From the NCBI GenBank assembly GCA_964559165.1, contig CAZLGY010000005.1, positions 1 through 43,292 of the forward strand: 43,292 nt of DNA, in the 5' to 3' direction. This DNA is from an uncultured Chryseobacterium sp. (GTDB lineage Bacteria; Bacteroidota; Bacteroidia; Flavobacteriales_F; PHOS-HE28). Shown in pieces: positions 9,264-18,952 of the stretch. The translations under genes were made by a program, and so were the position numbers. How positions within the stretch are numbered: the first letter of the stretch is position 1; each line of letters starts with the position of its first letter. Below the pieces are notes generated by a model that saw nothing but the letters and a program-made list of their open reading frames with translations, was not told the origin of the DNA and did no database searches.

Positions 9264-10069
9264 ACACCGGGACCGGGCGTGCAGCGGTCGCGTACATGGG
9301 TGCGCTGCTGGTGGGCTGCACCGCACCCGATACGGGTACGACCCGCATCATCGGTCACGGAGGCATGGGCATGGGTGCCACCACCCCCATGAATTCGGAA
9401 GCCGCGTTGAGCAGCGCGATGACCATCGGAATTGATGGGGTGGAACTGGATGTGCAATTGAGCAGGGACTGCGTGCTCGTGGCCTACCATGCCCAGGACC
9501 TTGCCGAAGAGACCCGGTGCACCGGCCTCATCCATGCGATGGAATGGTCACGGCTGCAGGCGTGCGCTGTGGGGGGGCGCGACGGCACCGAACACCCCCT
9601 GATCCGCCTGGACTCCCTGTTGCCGGTCCTTGCCCGCACCCGTCCCGGCACAGACTTCACCTTGGATGCCAAGCTCTTTGCGGCAGGTGATTGGTGGACC
9701 TATCTGGAGGCCTTCAGCGATGCCGTGGCCGCCCTGGAGGCTGCTCCAGTGCTCAAGGGACGCCTCGTGGTGGAGTGCCAGGTGAGCGAACTCTTGGACC
9801 TATTGCACAGAAAGGCGCCCGACGTTCCGTTGTTCCTGTATGCGACCGATGTGCCAGCGGCGCTGAAGAAGGCTGCGGACAGCGGCTATGCAGGCATCAC
9901 CGTACGGTACGACCGCATCACACCGGAAGAGGTGACCATGGCCCACCATCGCGGGCTGCAGGTATGCCTGTTCGGTGCAGGTGGTCGGTGGAGCCATCGC
10001 ACGGCCTTGCGCAGCCGACCTGACCGGTTGCAGACCGACGACCCCGTTGCCCTGACCACCCGGCGCTGA
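9260..10069 (+). CDS. glycerophosphodiester phosphodiesterase family lipoprotein
   Basis: GDPD motifs IIGHGG and GVELDVQLSRD, plus a lipobox LLVGC near the N-terminus. An ATGA start/stop overlap joins it to the M23 gene. Confidence 0.8.
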   Translation: MNTGTGRAAVAYMGALLVGCTAPDTGTTRIIGHGGMGMGATTPMNSEAALSSAMTIGIDGVELDVQLSRDCVLVAYHAQDLAEETRCTGLIHAMEWSRLQACAVGGRDGTEHPLIRLDSLLPVLARTRPGTDFTLDAKLFAAGDWWTYLEAFSDAVAALEAAPVLKGRLVVECQVSELLDLLHRKAPDVPLFLYATDVPAALKKAADSGYAGITVRYDRITPEEVTMAHHRGLQVCLFGAGGRWSHRTALRSRPDRLQTDDPVALTTRR

Positions 10070-10200
10070 AGCCATTGGAAACTCGTACCTTTACAAGCGA
10101 AGGGTCATGCACCACATGCTGAACGGGATGATCGGACAAGGGTCCGCAGGTCCGGGTACACCATTGCTGTGACGGATCCCCATCGTTCAGACACCTACCC

Positions 10201-11304
10201 ATGGCAGAGCCCCGGATCAAGTTCATACCCGCCGATAGAAGTGCCTTCTATCCCACCCTGAAGTCCAGGGTGGAAGCCTACTTCAAGGAGAACGGCATCA
10301 GCCGGCATGCCACCACCGCCATGAAGGTGAAAGCTGCCGTTCTCATTGGCACGTACCTGCTTTCCTTCCTGGCCGTCCTGGTGTTTCAGCCGTCGTACCC
10401 CGTGGCCCTCGCTCTTTGGGCCCTGATGGGCATTGGCCTGGCAGGCATCGGCATGAGCGTGATGCATGACGCGAACCATGGAGCCTTCTCAGCGAGCGAG
10501 CGAGTGAACTGGTGGATGGGCCACACCCTCAACCTCTGCGGCGGAAGCACACACAACTGGAAACTGCAGCATAACATCCTGCACCACACGTACACCAACA
10601 TCACACATGTGGACGAGGATATCCAGGACCGGTTGGTGCTGAAATTCTCACCACACACCAAGGCCCGCTGGTACCACCGGTTCCAATGGCTTTATGCGAC
10701 GCTCTTCTACGGGCTGCTCACCCTGTATTGGGTGGTGGCAAAGGACCTGGTCCAATTCATACAGTTCGGGGCCAACGGCACGGACAATGGGAAGGCTGAA
10801 CAACGGCGGCGGACGCTGCTGCGCATCCTGCTGGTCAAGACAGTGTATTTCCTGGTGGTGATCGTCCTCCCGATCGCGCTTGGCATCCCCTGGTGGCAGG
10901 TGGTCACCGGGTTCCTGCTCATGCATATGGTGGCCGGCATGATCCTGACCTTGGTCTTCCAGCTTGCCCATTCAGTGGAGGGAACCACACACCCTCTGCC
11001 AGATGCGGACGGGGTGGTGGAGAACGACTGGGCCATCCATCAACTACAGACCACGGTCAACTTCAGTCCCGACAACAAACTTCTCAGCTGGTACGTGGGA
11101 GGCCTCAACTACCAGATCGAACACCACCTTTTCACCCGGATCGCGCACGTTCATTACCCGGCGCTTTCGCCGATCGTGAAGCGCACCGCGGAGGAATTCG
11201 GGATACAATACAAAGTGAACCACACGTTGTTGGGCGCCCTTCGGAGCCACTACAGTCTGCTGCACCGTGTGGGCCTGCCCGACATGAACGAGGCCATCGG
11301 ATAG
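10201..11304 (+). CDS. membrane fatty-acid desaturase, front-end (DesD/delta-6-like) type without cytochrome b5 domain
   Basis: Three His boxes are present: HDANH, HNILHH and QIEHH (Gln-initiated third box). Several hydrophobic spans are also present. Confidence 0.85.
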   Translation: MAEPRIKFIPADRSAFYPTLKSRVEAYFKENGISRHATTAMKVKAAVLIGTYLLSFLAVLVFQPSYPVALALWALMGIGLAGIGMSVMHDANHGAFSASERVNWWMGHTLNLCGGSTHNWKLQHNILHHTYTNITHVDEDIQDRLVLKFSPHTKARWYHRFQWLYATLFYGLLTLYWVVAKDLVQFIQFGANGTDNGKAEQRRRTLLRILLVKTVYFLVVIVLPIALGIPWWQVVTGFLLMHMVAGMILTLVFQLAHSVEGTTHPLPDADGVVENDWAIHQLQTTVNFSPDNKLLSWYVGGLNYQIEHHLFTRIAHVHYPALSPIVKRTAEEFGIQYKVNHTLLGALRSHYSLLHRVGLPDMNEAIG

Positions 11305-11315
11305 GCTCCATCGCA

Positions 11316-13169
11316 TCAACGCCCCCGCACAGGCGTTCCACCTGTCACGGGAAGGGCTGCCGGCATCAGTTGCAGGTCCTGCTGCCTGAGCATGATGCCA
11401 TGGTCGTTCCGGAGACCGTTCTCGGGCCCAGCGCTCATGTAGCGGAAGCCCTGGTACAACGGTTCGTACGGAACCTGCGCCAGCCCCTCTGCGGTCAACG
11501 GCAGGCCGGACATCAGCGCCTTGGCATAGAACCGCGTGATGTCATAACCCAGGAAGGCATACTCGTCCACGTCGGTCCGGTAGCGCTCCTGGTAGGCGTT
11601 CACGAATGCGCGGACGGCCTTGTCGGCAGGATCGGCGAAACCCTGCACCGGAAAGGTGAACTGGAGCATGTCGAGGTCCTCCAGTGCCACGGTCTCCATA
11701 TCCAGCCATGATCCCGACCCGATGAGCATGATCCTGTAGCGGTACTTTTCGCACTGTCGCTTCAAGGATGATACCAGGCTGGTCACGAATTCCACGTCCT
11801 CGCAGGAAGTGACAATGACATTGAGCCTCTTTGCATCAAGCCTGGAGAGGACGGCACTGACGTCCCGCTTTCCAAGCCTGACCACCAGCACCGAATCCCG
11901 AAGGCAATTCTCTTGTTCGGCGAGGCTGGTGTTGAGACTGCGGAACAACTGCTCCTGCCCTTCCTTGTCAGCCGAGATGGCCGGCCTCAACAGGACGATG
12001 TTCTCATGGGCATAGCCCTGGGTGGCATACCTCGCAGCCACACCGAGCAGGTCATTGCGTGCGGGGGACACCTTGCTCACATTGGCCATGCCCAGGATCA
12101 CCCGGTTGCTCTGGGGGACCGGACAAACGATGTGTGCGTCGGGCCTGCTTCGCGCCAGCTGCTCAATGGCGCCGCGGTGAAAGGGGCCGATGTACAGGTC
12201 GGTACCCGCTGGTCCGGGATTTCTCAATGCCCGGGCCCACCCCACCGGCGTTTCGCCGCTGTCCTTCACCCGCACGTCGGCGCGCAGCCCTTCGGTCTCC
12301 AATGTATCCAGAGCCATCCTTGCACCCGCGTAGAATGCTGCTGCCATGCGCGAGACATCGTGGAACCTGGGTTGCAACGGATCACGCAGCAAGGCGCTAT
12401 CATTGAGGCTCACGGAAAAGGGCAACAGGTAGGTGATGCTGAACCGGTCCTTCGGCGCAGCGGCGGGCGGTGGAGCGGTGGTCACGGTGGTTACGGGGGG
12501 GGGCGGAGGTCCGACACCCGGAGCCACCGGAATGATGATGACCATGCCTTCCTGCAGTCCACCTGCAAGTCCACCGTTGGCCTCCTGTATGGCCTCCACG
12601 GAGGTGTTGTAGTGTTGGGCAAGTCCATACAGGGTCTCTGCCGGTCGTACGCGATGCTCTGTGCGCTGTGCAGGCGTGGCGGGGCGAACGACCGATGCGG
12701 GCTGGCCTGCAGCAGCACGGACCGGCACGATCAGCACCATGCCTTCACGGAGCCCACCGGCCGCGCTGGGGTTGGCTGCCAATAGCGAGTCCACGGCAAC
12801 ACCATAGGACCGGGATAGTCCGAAGAGCGTTTCCTTGCGCTGCACCGTGTGCCGCAGCACCCCATCGGTGCCCAGCTCCGGCGCTGAGCGGAGGGCCTTC
12901 CGGTCCACCGCATCCTGTGGGATCAGGAGCTCCTCATCGATGCTGAGCCCGTCCGCTGCGCCGGGATTGGCGCGCAGCAGCTCTTCCACGCCGACGGCAT
13001 GGGCACGCGCAATGGCATACAGGGTCTGGCCCTGTTGCACCTTGTAGACGATATGGCGACGTCCCTCCACCATGCGCACCTCCTGCGCATCCACATCGCG
13101 CACCAGTGCAACCGAGGTGAACAACGCAGCAATGCGGAGGCCTGCCAACAACACCTTGGATACCTTCAT
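11316..13169 (-). CDS. secreted protein with three LysM domains, a Pro-rich linker and a periplasmic-binding-protein (PBP1) like domain
   Basis: Three LysM repeats ([16 protein letters not shown].., [16 protein letters not shown].., [16 protein letters not shown]..) are followed by [19 protein letters not shown] and about 340 aa of PBP1-like sequence. The start is set at ATG 13169 (signal peptide [22 protein letters not shown]), which forms an ATGA overlap with the guaA stop. Confidence 0.8.
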   Translation of the reverse strand: MKVSKVLLAGLRIAALFTSVALVRDVDAQEVRMVEGRRHIVYKVQQGQTLYAIARAHAVGVEELLRANPGAADGLSIDEELLIPQDAVDRKALRSAPELGTDGVLRHTVQRKETLFGLSRSYGVAVDSLLAANPSAAGGLREGMVLIVPVRAAAGQPASVVRPATPAQRTEHRVRPAETLYGLAQHYNTSVEAIQEANGGLAGGLQEGMVIIIPVAPGVGPPPPPVTTVTTAPPPAAAPKDRFSITYLLPFSVSLNDSALLRDPLQPRFHDVSRMAAAFYAGARMALDTLETEGLRADVRVKDSGETPVGWARALRNPGPAGTDLYIGPFHRGAIEQLARSRPDAHIVCPVPQSNRVILGMANVSKVSPARNDLLGVAARYATQGYAHENIVLLRPAISADKEGQEQLFRSLNTSLAEQENCLRDSVLVVRLGKRDVSAVLSRLDAKRLNVIVTSCEDVEFVTSLVSSLKRQCEKYRYRIMLIGSGSWLDMETVALEDLDMLQFTFPVQGFADPADKAVRAFVNAYQERYRTDVDEYAFLGYDITRFYAKALMSGLPLTAEGLAQVPYEPLYQGFRYMSAGPENGLRNDHGIMLRQQDLQLMPAALPVTGGTPVRGR

Positions 13170-14716
13170 TCCCATTCGATGGTCGCCGGGGGCTTCGAGC
13201 TGATATCGTACACCACGCGGTTCACCCCCCGTACCCGGTTGATGATGCTGTTCGAGATCCGTGCCAGGAATTCGTAGGGTAGGTGGCACCAGTCCGCGGT
13301 CATGCCATCGGTACTGGTCACGGCGCGCAAGGCCACGGCGTTCTCGTAGGTGCGCTCGTCACCCATCACCCCCACACTGCGCACGGGCAGCAGGATGGCA
13401 CCGGCCTGCCACACCTGGTCGTAGAGCCCCTCGTCCCGCAGGCCCTGGATGAAGATGTGGTCCACCTCCTGGAGCAGCGCCACCTTCTCCGGTGTGACCT
13501 CGCCGAGGATGCGTATCGCGAGCCCCGGGCCTGGAAAGGGATGGCGGCCAAGGATGTTCGGATCAAGAGCGAGCTCGCGGCCCACGCGGCGGACCTCGTC
13601 CTTGAACAGGAGGCGTAAAGGCTCCACCACTTGAAGCTTCATCCGGTCCGGCAGGCCGCCCACGTTGTGGTGGCTCTTGATGGTGACGCTGGGCCCGTTC
13701 ACGCTCACGCTCTCGATCACGTCCGGGTAGATGGTACCCTGACCCAGCCATTTCACATCCTTGATGCGGTGAGCCTCGCGGTCGAAGACCTCGATGAAGG
13801 TGCGGCCGATGGCCTTGCGCTTGGCCTCAGGGTCCTCCAGGCCCTTCAGGGCAGCGTAGAACTCAACCTTGGCATCCACCCCGGTGATGTTCAGGCCGAG
13901 ATGACGGTAGCTTTCGAGCACGCGGTTGTATTCGTCCTTGCGCAGGAGCCCGTTATCCACGAAGATGCAATGCAGGCGATCGCCGATGGCCCGGTCGAGC
14001 AGGAGGGCTGCCACACTGCTATCCACGCCTCCGCTCAAAGCGAGCACCACCTGGTCCGTCCCCAAAAGGGCCTGCAGCCGCTCCACGCTATCCTCCACGA
14101 AGGCATGGGGTGTCCAGTTGCCCTGGCAACCGCAGATGCCGATGACGAAGTTGTGCAGCAATTGCAGTCCATCGGTGGTGTGGTACACCTCGGGATGGAA
14201 CTGCACGGCGAAGGTCAGGTGGTCGCGGAGGCGGAAGGCGGCCACGGGCACGTCCTTGGTGCTGGCGATCACATCCATCGCCTCGCTGGGTGCAGTGATG
14301 CTGTCCCCGTGGCTCATCCACACCTGCGTGCCCGCCTGGATGCCATCGAACAGGTGGCTGTCAGTGATGGTGGAGAGGTGGGCGCGGCCGTATTCTCGGA
14401 CCGTGCTGCGTTCAACGGGGGCCCCGCTGCGCCTTGCCAGGAGCTGGGCGCCATAACACACCCCAAGGATGGGCAGCCGACCCAGGAACCCCGACAGGTC
14501 GGTATCCGGGGCGTTCGCGTCGTGCACGCTGCTCGGGCTCCCGCTCAGGATCACCCCCTTGATCGCTAGGTCCGAAACGAATTGGGAAGCCTTCGAGAAG
14601 GGGTGTATCTCGCAGTATACGTTCAGTTCGCGCACCCGCCTGGCGATCAGCTGGGTGTATTGCGAACCATGGTCGAGGATGAGGATGGTACCGGGCACGT
14701 GGTGGGGTCGGTGCAT
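13166..14716 (-). CDS. guaA: glutamine-hydrolysing GMP synthase
   Basis: GATase domain ([28 protein letters not shown]), PP-loop SGGVDSSV and C-terminal KPPATIEWE. The start at ATG 14716 gives 516 aa and lies 17 nt downstream of a TAccTTTG box. Confidence 0.95.
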   Translation of the reverse strand: MHRPHHVPGTILILDHGSQYTQLIARRVRELNVYCEIHPFSKASQFVSDLAIKGVILSGSPSSVHDANAPDTDLSGFLGRLPILGVCYGAQLLARRSGAPVERSTVREYGRAHLSTITDSHLFDGIQAGTQVWMSHGDSITAPSEAMDVIASTKDVPVAAFRLRDHLTFAVQFHPEVYHTTDGLQLLHNFVIGICGCQGNWTPHAFVEDSVERLQALLGTDQVVLALSGGVDSSVAALLLDRAIGDRLHCIFVDNGLLRKDEYNRVLESYRHLGLNITGVDAKVEFYAALKGLEDPEAKRKAIGRTFIEVFDREAHRIKDVKWLGQGTIYPDVIESVSVNGPSVTIKSHHNVGGLPDRMKLQVVEPLRLLFKDEVRRVGRELALDPNILGRHPFPGPGLAIRILGEVTPEKVALLQEVDHIFIQGLRDEGLYDQVWQAGAILLPVRSVGVMGDERTYENAVALRAVTSTDGMTADWCHLPYEFLARISNSIINRVRGVNRVVYDISSKPPATIEWE

Positions 14717-14733
14717 GGACACCGGTTCATGTG

Positions 14734-14741
14734 CAAAGGTA
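14734..14741 (-). promoter_or_regulatory. -7 promoter box TAccTTTG for guaA
   Basis: The minus strand reads TACCTTTGcac, with 17 nt between the motif and ATG 14716. Confidence 0.4.
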
Positions 14742-14934
14742 TCGGCAAGGGTTCCAGCAATGAGCCATCGGCGTTTGACTGTGAATGGATCGTGGAAAAA
14801 GTACCTGTCCGCGAATTCCAGCCTGCGCGGGCATGCCTTGACGCGCCGACCAGTATCCAATGCGCTGATCATTAATCACTTATACTAATCACACGACCGT
14901 CTGTCGCCACCTTGAACCGCACCGGGACGGCCCC

Positions 14935-14942
14935 TATCTTTG
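14935..14942 (+). promoter_or_regulatory. -7 promoter box TAtcTTTG for the LTD/Calx-beta T9SS gene
   Basis: The plus strand reads TATCTTTG, with a TTG 20 nt upstream as a possible -33 element. The first in-frame ATG downstream is at 14978. Confidence 0.35.
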
Positions 14943-15067
14943 CGGTGTTCCAGGTAGCTGTTCGGTAAAGACCATCCATGCATAAGGATCGCTTAACGCG
15001 GAGCACGCTGGATAGCGCGAAATTTGTCCGCGGAATGTGGTTCATGGTGCCTACCCTCCCACCGTTC

Positions 15068-18000
15068 ATGCGGCTGAACCGTTCCCTCATCGGTCCTTTG
15101 GTGGTTGCCCTGGCACCGCTCCTGTCCATGGGCCAGCCGACCGACCTGATCATTTCAGAATACGTCGAAGGACTATCCAATGAGAAGTACCTCGAACTGT
15201 ACAACGGGACGAGCGCGCCCATTAACCTGGCGGATTACCAGTTACGCCTGTATGCCAATGGTGGCGGGGTGCTGCCGGGTCTTACGGGCTGGACAACGAA
15301 CGTCGCGTTGACCGGCACCCTGGCATCTGGAGCGGTGATCGTGTACCGCAATAGCGCCGCGACCCTCTATCCCACCGGCATCGTCAACAACGCATGCAAT
15401 TGGAACGGTGATGATGCCGTGGTCCTCTGGCGTATATCCACCGCTGCTCCTGTGGATATTCTCGGCATGGTCACCTGTGATCCCGGGACCCAATGGACGG
15501 CGACCGGGCTTTCCACGGTGGACCGAACCCTCAGAAGGAGATCCAGCATCTGCTCCGGTGTATCAGCCAATCCTCCCGGCCCCTGTGGAGCGGGTGCGTT
15601 CACCACCCTCCTGGGCGAATGGGAGGGCTTTGCCGTGAACGACGTTTCCGGGCTTGGCTCCCACACCATGGTCTGCAGCCCCACGGTGACCATGGCCACC
15701 CCATCCAACAGCGCCCTGGAAAGCGCCGGCAGCGCGACGATCACCCTCAACATCACTCCGGCCGCAACGGTGGCAGGTACGGTCACCATCGGAGTGACCA
15801 ACGGCGCCGGTGCCACCTACACGACGGACTACACCACCACTCCCGCAACCACTGCCGGCAGCATCACCAGGCCGATCGCAGCAGGTGCCACAACGGTCAC
15901 ATTCTCCGTGAACCTTGTGGACGACATCCTTACGGAAGGGGATGAAACGGTAACGTTCACGCTCACCGGAGCGTCGGCCGGGTTCGCCTTGGGATCTGCG
16001 CTGAGCCATGTGTTCACCATCTCGGACAACGACTTCACGCCGACGATCAATTTCAGCACCTTGAGCGTGGCCGTGCTGGAGAACGCCGGTACCCAGACCT
16101 TCAACCTGAGCATCAATCCTGCTGCGCCTGCGGCGGGCAGCATCACGATCACCGTGTCCAACGGCCCCGGTGCCTGTTATGGCTTCAACCCGTGCGATTA
16201 CATCACCGCTCCAGGAGGAGCCAGCGGTTCCATCACGGTGAATTTCACGGCCGGCGCCACGGCAGCCAGCTTCAATGCCACGGTGATCAACGACCTCAAC
16301 GCGGAGGCCACAGAGCTGGTCACTTTTACGATCACCGGGGTTCCTGCCGCTTATGCGATCGGGTCGAACAACGTGGGTACCCTGACGATCGGCGACAACG
16401 ACACGCCACCCGCCACACTTGAACCGGGCGATCTTGTTGTCGTCGGTGTCAACTCAAATGCAGCCGCGTGCGGTGGAGGTGTCGGTGAGGACCAGGTCAG
16501 CTTCTTCTGCTTCAAGCCGATCACGCCCGGAACGGCGATCATCATAACGGACAACGGGTTCAGCCGGTGCACCGCAGGTTTTTGGGGGAACACGGAGGGA
16601 ACCGTCACCATCACCCGATCGGGCATCGCCATTCCTGCCGGCCAGGTGGTGACCCTGCGGATATCCAATACCAGCGGAAGTGGCAACATCACGGGTATTT
16701 CACCGGATGCGGGATGGTCTTGTGCTTCGGCTGCCGGCCTGGTGAACGCGGTGAACATGAACTCCGGTGGTGACCAGCTCTTCTTTGCACAAGGTGGCGC
16801 CTGGACAACGAACACACCAGGTGCGCACAACGCCGGTTACAGCGGCTCCCTGCTCTATGGTTTTTCAACGAACCCTTCATTCCCATGGTCCGCGTCGTGC
16901 GCCGGATCCACCGCGGACAACCAGCGCAGCAACCTGCCACCGGGCCTTCCCTGCTTCAGCATGGCCCCCACGCTGGCCACCGATTTCAATAAGTATGTCG
17001 GCCCGATGACCGCCGCAAGCCAGCGTGACTGGATCATCCGGGTGGACGATCCTGCCAACTGGGCGAGTTATGCGAGCTGCGCAGACTATGGTACGGGTGG
17101 GTTCAACTGGCTCACCGCCCCGATCCTGCCGATCACGGTGGCCCCCTTCGTGGAAGGCCGCTGGCGGGGCAGCACAAGCACCGACTGGTTCGACTGCAAG
17201 AACTGGGATGACGCACGGGTTCCGACGATCGCAACGAACGTCACGGTGGATGCGGCCTTCGCTGCGCGTAACTGCGAAGTGGGCCTTGTTGCCGGGAGCG
17301 CCGCAGAGTGCGCCAGCCTGTTGCACACCTCCGGCGGCCTTCCACGCCAGCTGATCGTGCGGAACGGCAGCTCCCTCACCATCGATGGCCCGCTGAACAT
17401 CAGTCGCACCGCCGCTGCGGGCGGCCTGACCACCAGCGTGCTGGACGTCAGCGAATTGAACTGCACGTCGATCAACGTGACGGGCGTTACACCGGGGGCG
17501 GTGAACGAGGCGATACTACGCTGTGAAGCCGGAGGGGTCATCCGGATCGAAGATGACCTGACCATCGGTACGGGAGGTCTCCTGGACCTGCAAGGAGCCG
17601 CAGGCAACAGCGGCACCCTCCTGCTCGGTGGGAACTGGACGAACCTTGAGAGTGAACTCCACTTCCAGGACCTCAACTCGCGGGTCATCCTCAACGGGAA
17701 TGTGGACCAATCCATCTCCATCGCCAACGGTGCGGAGGTGTTCGGTTCACTGCAGCTGGCAAAGAGCGCAGGTGATGTACTCCTGTCAAGCCCTGTGGAA
17801 GTGCGCGCCGAACTGGACCTGAGCGGTGGCCGCATTTTCTCCACCGCCACGGAGCTCCTGACGATGCGTGCAGGATCGACCGCGGTGAACGCCTCAGACC
17901 TCAGCTTCGTGCACGGACCGGTGCAGAAGGTCGGCAACACGGATTTCACGTTCCCTGTGGGCAAGGATGGCAACTTGCGCCCCTGTGGCCTTTCTGCGTT

Positions 18001-18886
18001 GAGCGGAACAACGACCGGGGCCTTCACCGCAGAGTACTTCCCCATCACCGCCTATTCGTGGGGCACTGCCATGGAACCCACCCTCGATCATATCAGTGAT
18101 TGCGAGTACTGGATCATCGACCGTAGCGCCGGTTCCAGCAACGCCGTGGTGGAACTGACCTGGGATACGCCGGAGAGCTGTGGTGTGACCGCCCCACCCG
18201 ATCTGCGCGTGGCACGTTGGGACGCTGTCCTGGGTATCTGGCAGGACCGTGGCAATGGTGGCGCCACGCCGCTCGCCCCCTCCGGAACGGTGATCTCCGA
18301 TGGGGTCCAGACCCTGTTCAGCCCGTGGACATTGGCCTCTGTGTCCAACGAAAACCCACTGCCCATCAGCTTGATCGGCTTCACAGCCAAGCCGGAAGGA
18401 ACAAGCGTGCGATTGGATTGGACCACCGCCAATGAACGCAACAACGAACTCTTCACGGTGGAACGCAGCGCGGACGGCAACCTCTTCAGCCCTGTTCTGG
18501 AGGTACCAGGCGCGGGCTTCAGCGACCTGCCCCTCTCCTATTCGGACCTTGACCGCGCACCGCTGCAGGGTGTGAGCTACTACCGACTGCGCCAGACGGA
18601 CCACGACGGAGCCAGCTCGGTGAGCGCCGTGGTGAGCGTGGTGATGGGCCGCAACACGGCCCGGCCGTTGAGCGTTTTCGTGGGGGAGGGCCGGTTGAAC
18701 GCGTTGCACGGTTTCCGCGCGGGAAGCCACTACGAATTGCTGGACATGACAGGCCGCATGATCATCAGGGGCACCGTTCAGGGCGATGACCTTCTGAGCA
18801 TCACCATGCCCCTCCTGCGGTCAGGTGCATACCTGCTGCGCCTTGCGGACGGAGAGCGGACGGAAAGCGCGCGCTTCGTATTCTGA
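15068..18886 (+). CDS. large secreted cell-surface protein: lamin-tail domain, tandem Calx-beta-like modules, unassigned central region, T9SS C-terminal sorting domain
   Basis: The N-terminal LTD signature is LIISEYVEGLSNEKYLELYNGTSAPINLADYQLRLY. Two repeated modules end in DDILTEGDETVTFTLTG and NDLNAEATELVTFTITG. The C-terminus (..YYRLRQTDHDGASS.. then YELLDMTGRMI..GAYLLRLADGERTESARFVF) looks like a T9SS CTD. The start is uncertain among in-frame ATGs from 14978 to 15068; 15068 gives the signal peptide MRLNRSLIGPLVVALAPLLSMG. Confidence 0.8.
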   Translation: MRLNRSLIGPLVVALAPLLSMGQPTDLIISEYVEGLSNEKYLELYNGTSAPINLADYQLRLYANGGGVLPGLTGWTTNVALTGTLASGAVIVYRNSAATLYPTGIVNNACNWNGDDAVVLWRISTAAPVDILGMVTCDPGTQWTATGLSTVDRTLRRRSSICSGVSANPPGPCGAGAFTTLLGEWEGFAVNDVSGLGSHTMVCSPTVTMATPSNSALESAGSATITLNITPAATVAGTVTIGVTNGAGATYTTDYTTTPATTAGSITRPIAAGATTVTFSVNLVDDILTEGDETVTFTLTGASAGFALGSALSHVFTISDNDFTPTINFSTLSVAVLENAGTQTFNLSINPAAPAAGSITITVSNGPGACYGFNPCDYITAPGGASGSITVNFTAGATAASFNATVINDLNAEATELVTFTITGVPAAYAIGSNNVGTLTIGDNDTPPATLEPGDLVVVGVNSNAAACGGGVGEDQVSFFCFKPITPGTAIIITDNGFSRCTAGFWGNTEGTVTITRSGIAIPAGQVVTLRISNTSGSGNITGISPDAGWSCASAAGLVNAVNMNSGGDQLFFAQGGAWTTNTPGAHNAGYSGSLLYGFSTNPSFPWSASCAGSTADNQRSNLPPGLPCFSMAPTLATDFNKYVGPMTAASQRDWIIRVDDPANWASYASCADYGTGGFNWLTAPILPITVAPFVEGRWRGSTSTDWFDCKNWDDARVPTIATNVTVDAAFAARNCEVGLVAGSAAECASLLHTSGGLPRQLIVRNGSSLTIDGPLNISRTAAAGGLTTSVLDVSELNCTSINVTGVTPGAVNEAILRCEAGGVIRIEDDLTIGTGGLLDLQGAAGNSGTLLLGGNWTNLESELHFQDLNSRVILNGNVDQSISIANGAEVFGSLQLAKSAGDVLLSSPVEVRAELDLSGGRIFSTATELLTMRAGSTAVNASDLSFVHGPVQKVGNTDFTFPVGKDGNLRPCGLSALSGTTTGAFTAEYFPITAYSWGTAMEPTLDHISDCEYWIIDRSAGSSNAVVELTWDTPESCGVTAPPDLRVARWDAVLGIWQDRGNGGATPLAPSGTVISDGVQTLFSPWTLASVSNENPLPISLIGFTAKPEGTSVRLDWTTANERNNELFTVERSADGNLFSPVLEVPGAGFSDLPLSYSDLDRAPLQGVSYYRLRQTDHDGASSVSAVVSVVMGRNTARPLSVFVGEGRLNALHGFRAGSHYELLDMTGRMIIRGTVQGDDLLSITMPLLRSGAYLLRLADGERTESARFVF

Positions 18887-18952
18887 AGCCTGGCCATCAC
18901 CGCCCGGGTGAGCTCCAGATCAGGTGGATCACATCAGCATGCTGCTGGGCGG

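Noticed and set aside
10107-10172. 21-codon upstream ORF (MHHMLNGMIGQGSAGPGTPLL) in the leader of the desaturase gene.
   Set aside because: It is very short and has no supporting signal or conservation that I can assess. It could be chance, so I did not call it as a feature.
13631-14569. 312-aa plus-strand ORF opposite guaA. Similar antisense or off-frame ORFs lie at 2149-3141, 17086-18048, 17894-18730, 21594-22430, 22376-23182, 30367-31359, 31519-32346, 39934-40893 and 42385-43164.
   Set aside because: Every one lies inside and antisense to (or off-frame within) a gene with strong family signatures. Long open antisense frames are expected at this GC content.
14872-15222. 116-aa minus-strand ORF in the guaA / T9SS-gene divergent region.
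   Set aside because: It spans the intergenic promoter region and the 5' end of the T9SS gene on the opposite strand. It has no recognisable features and is most likely spurious.
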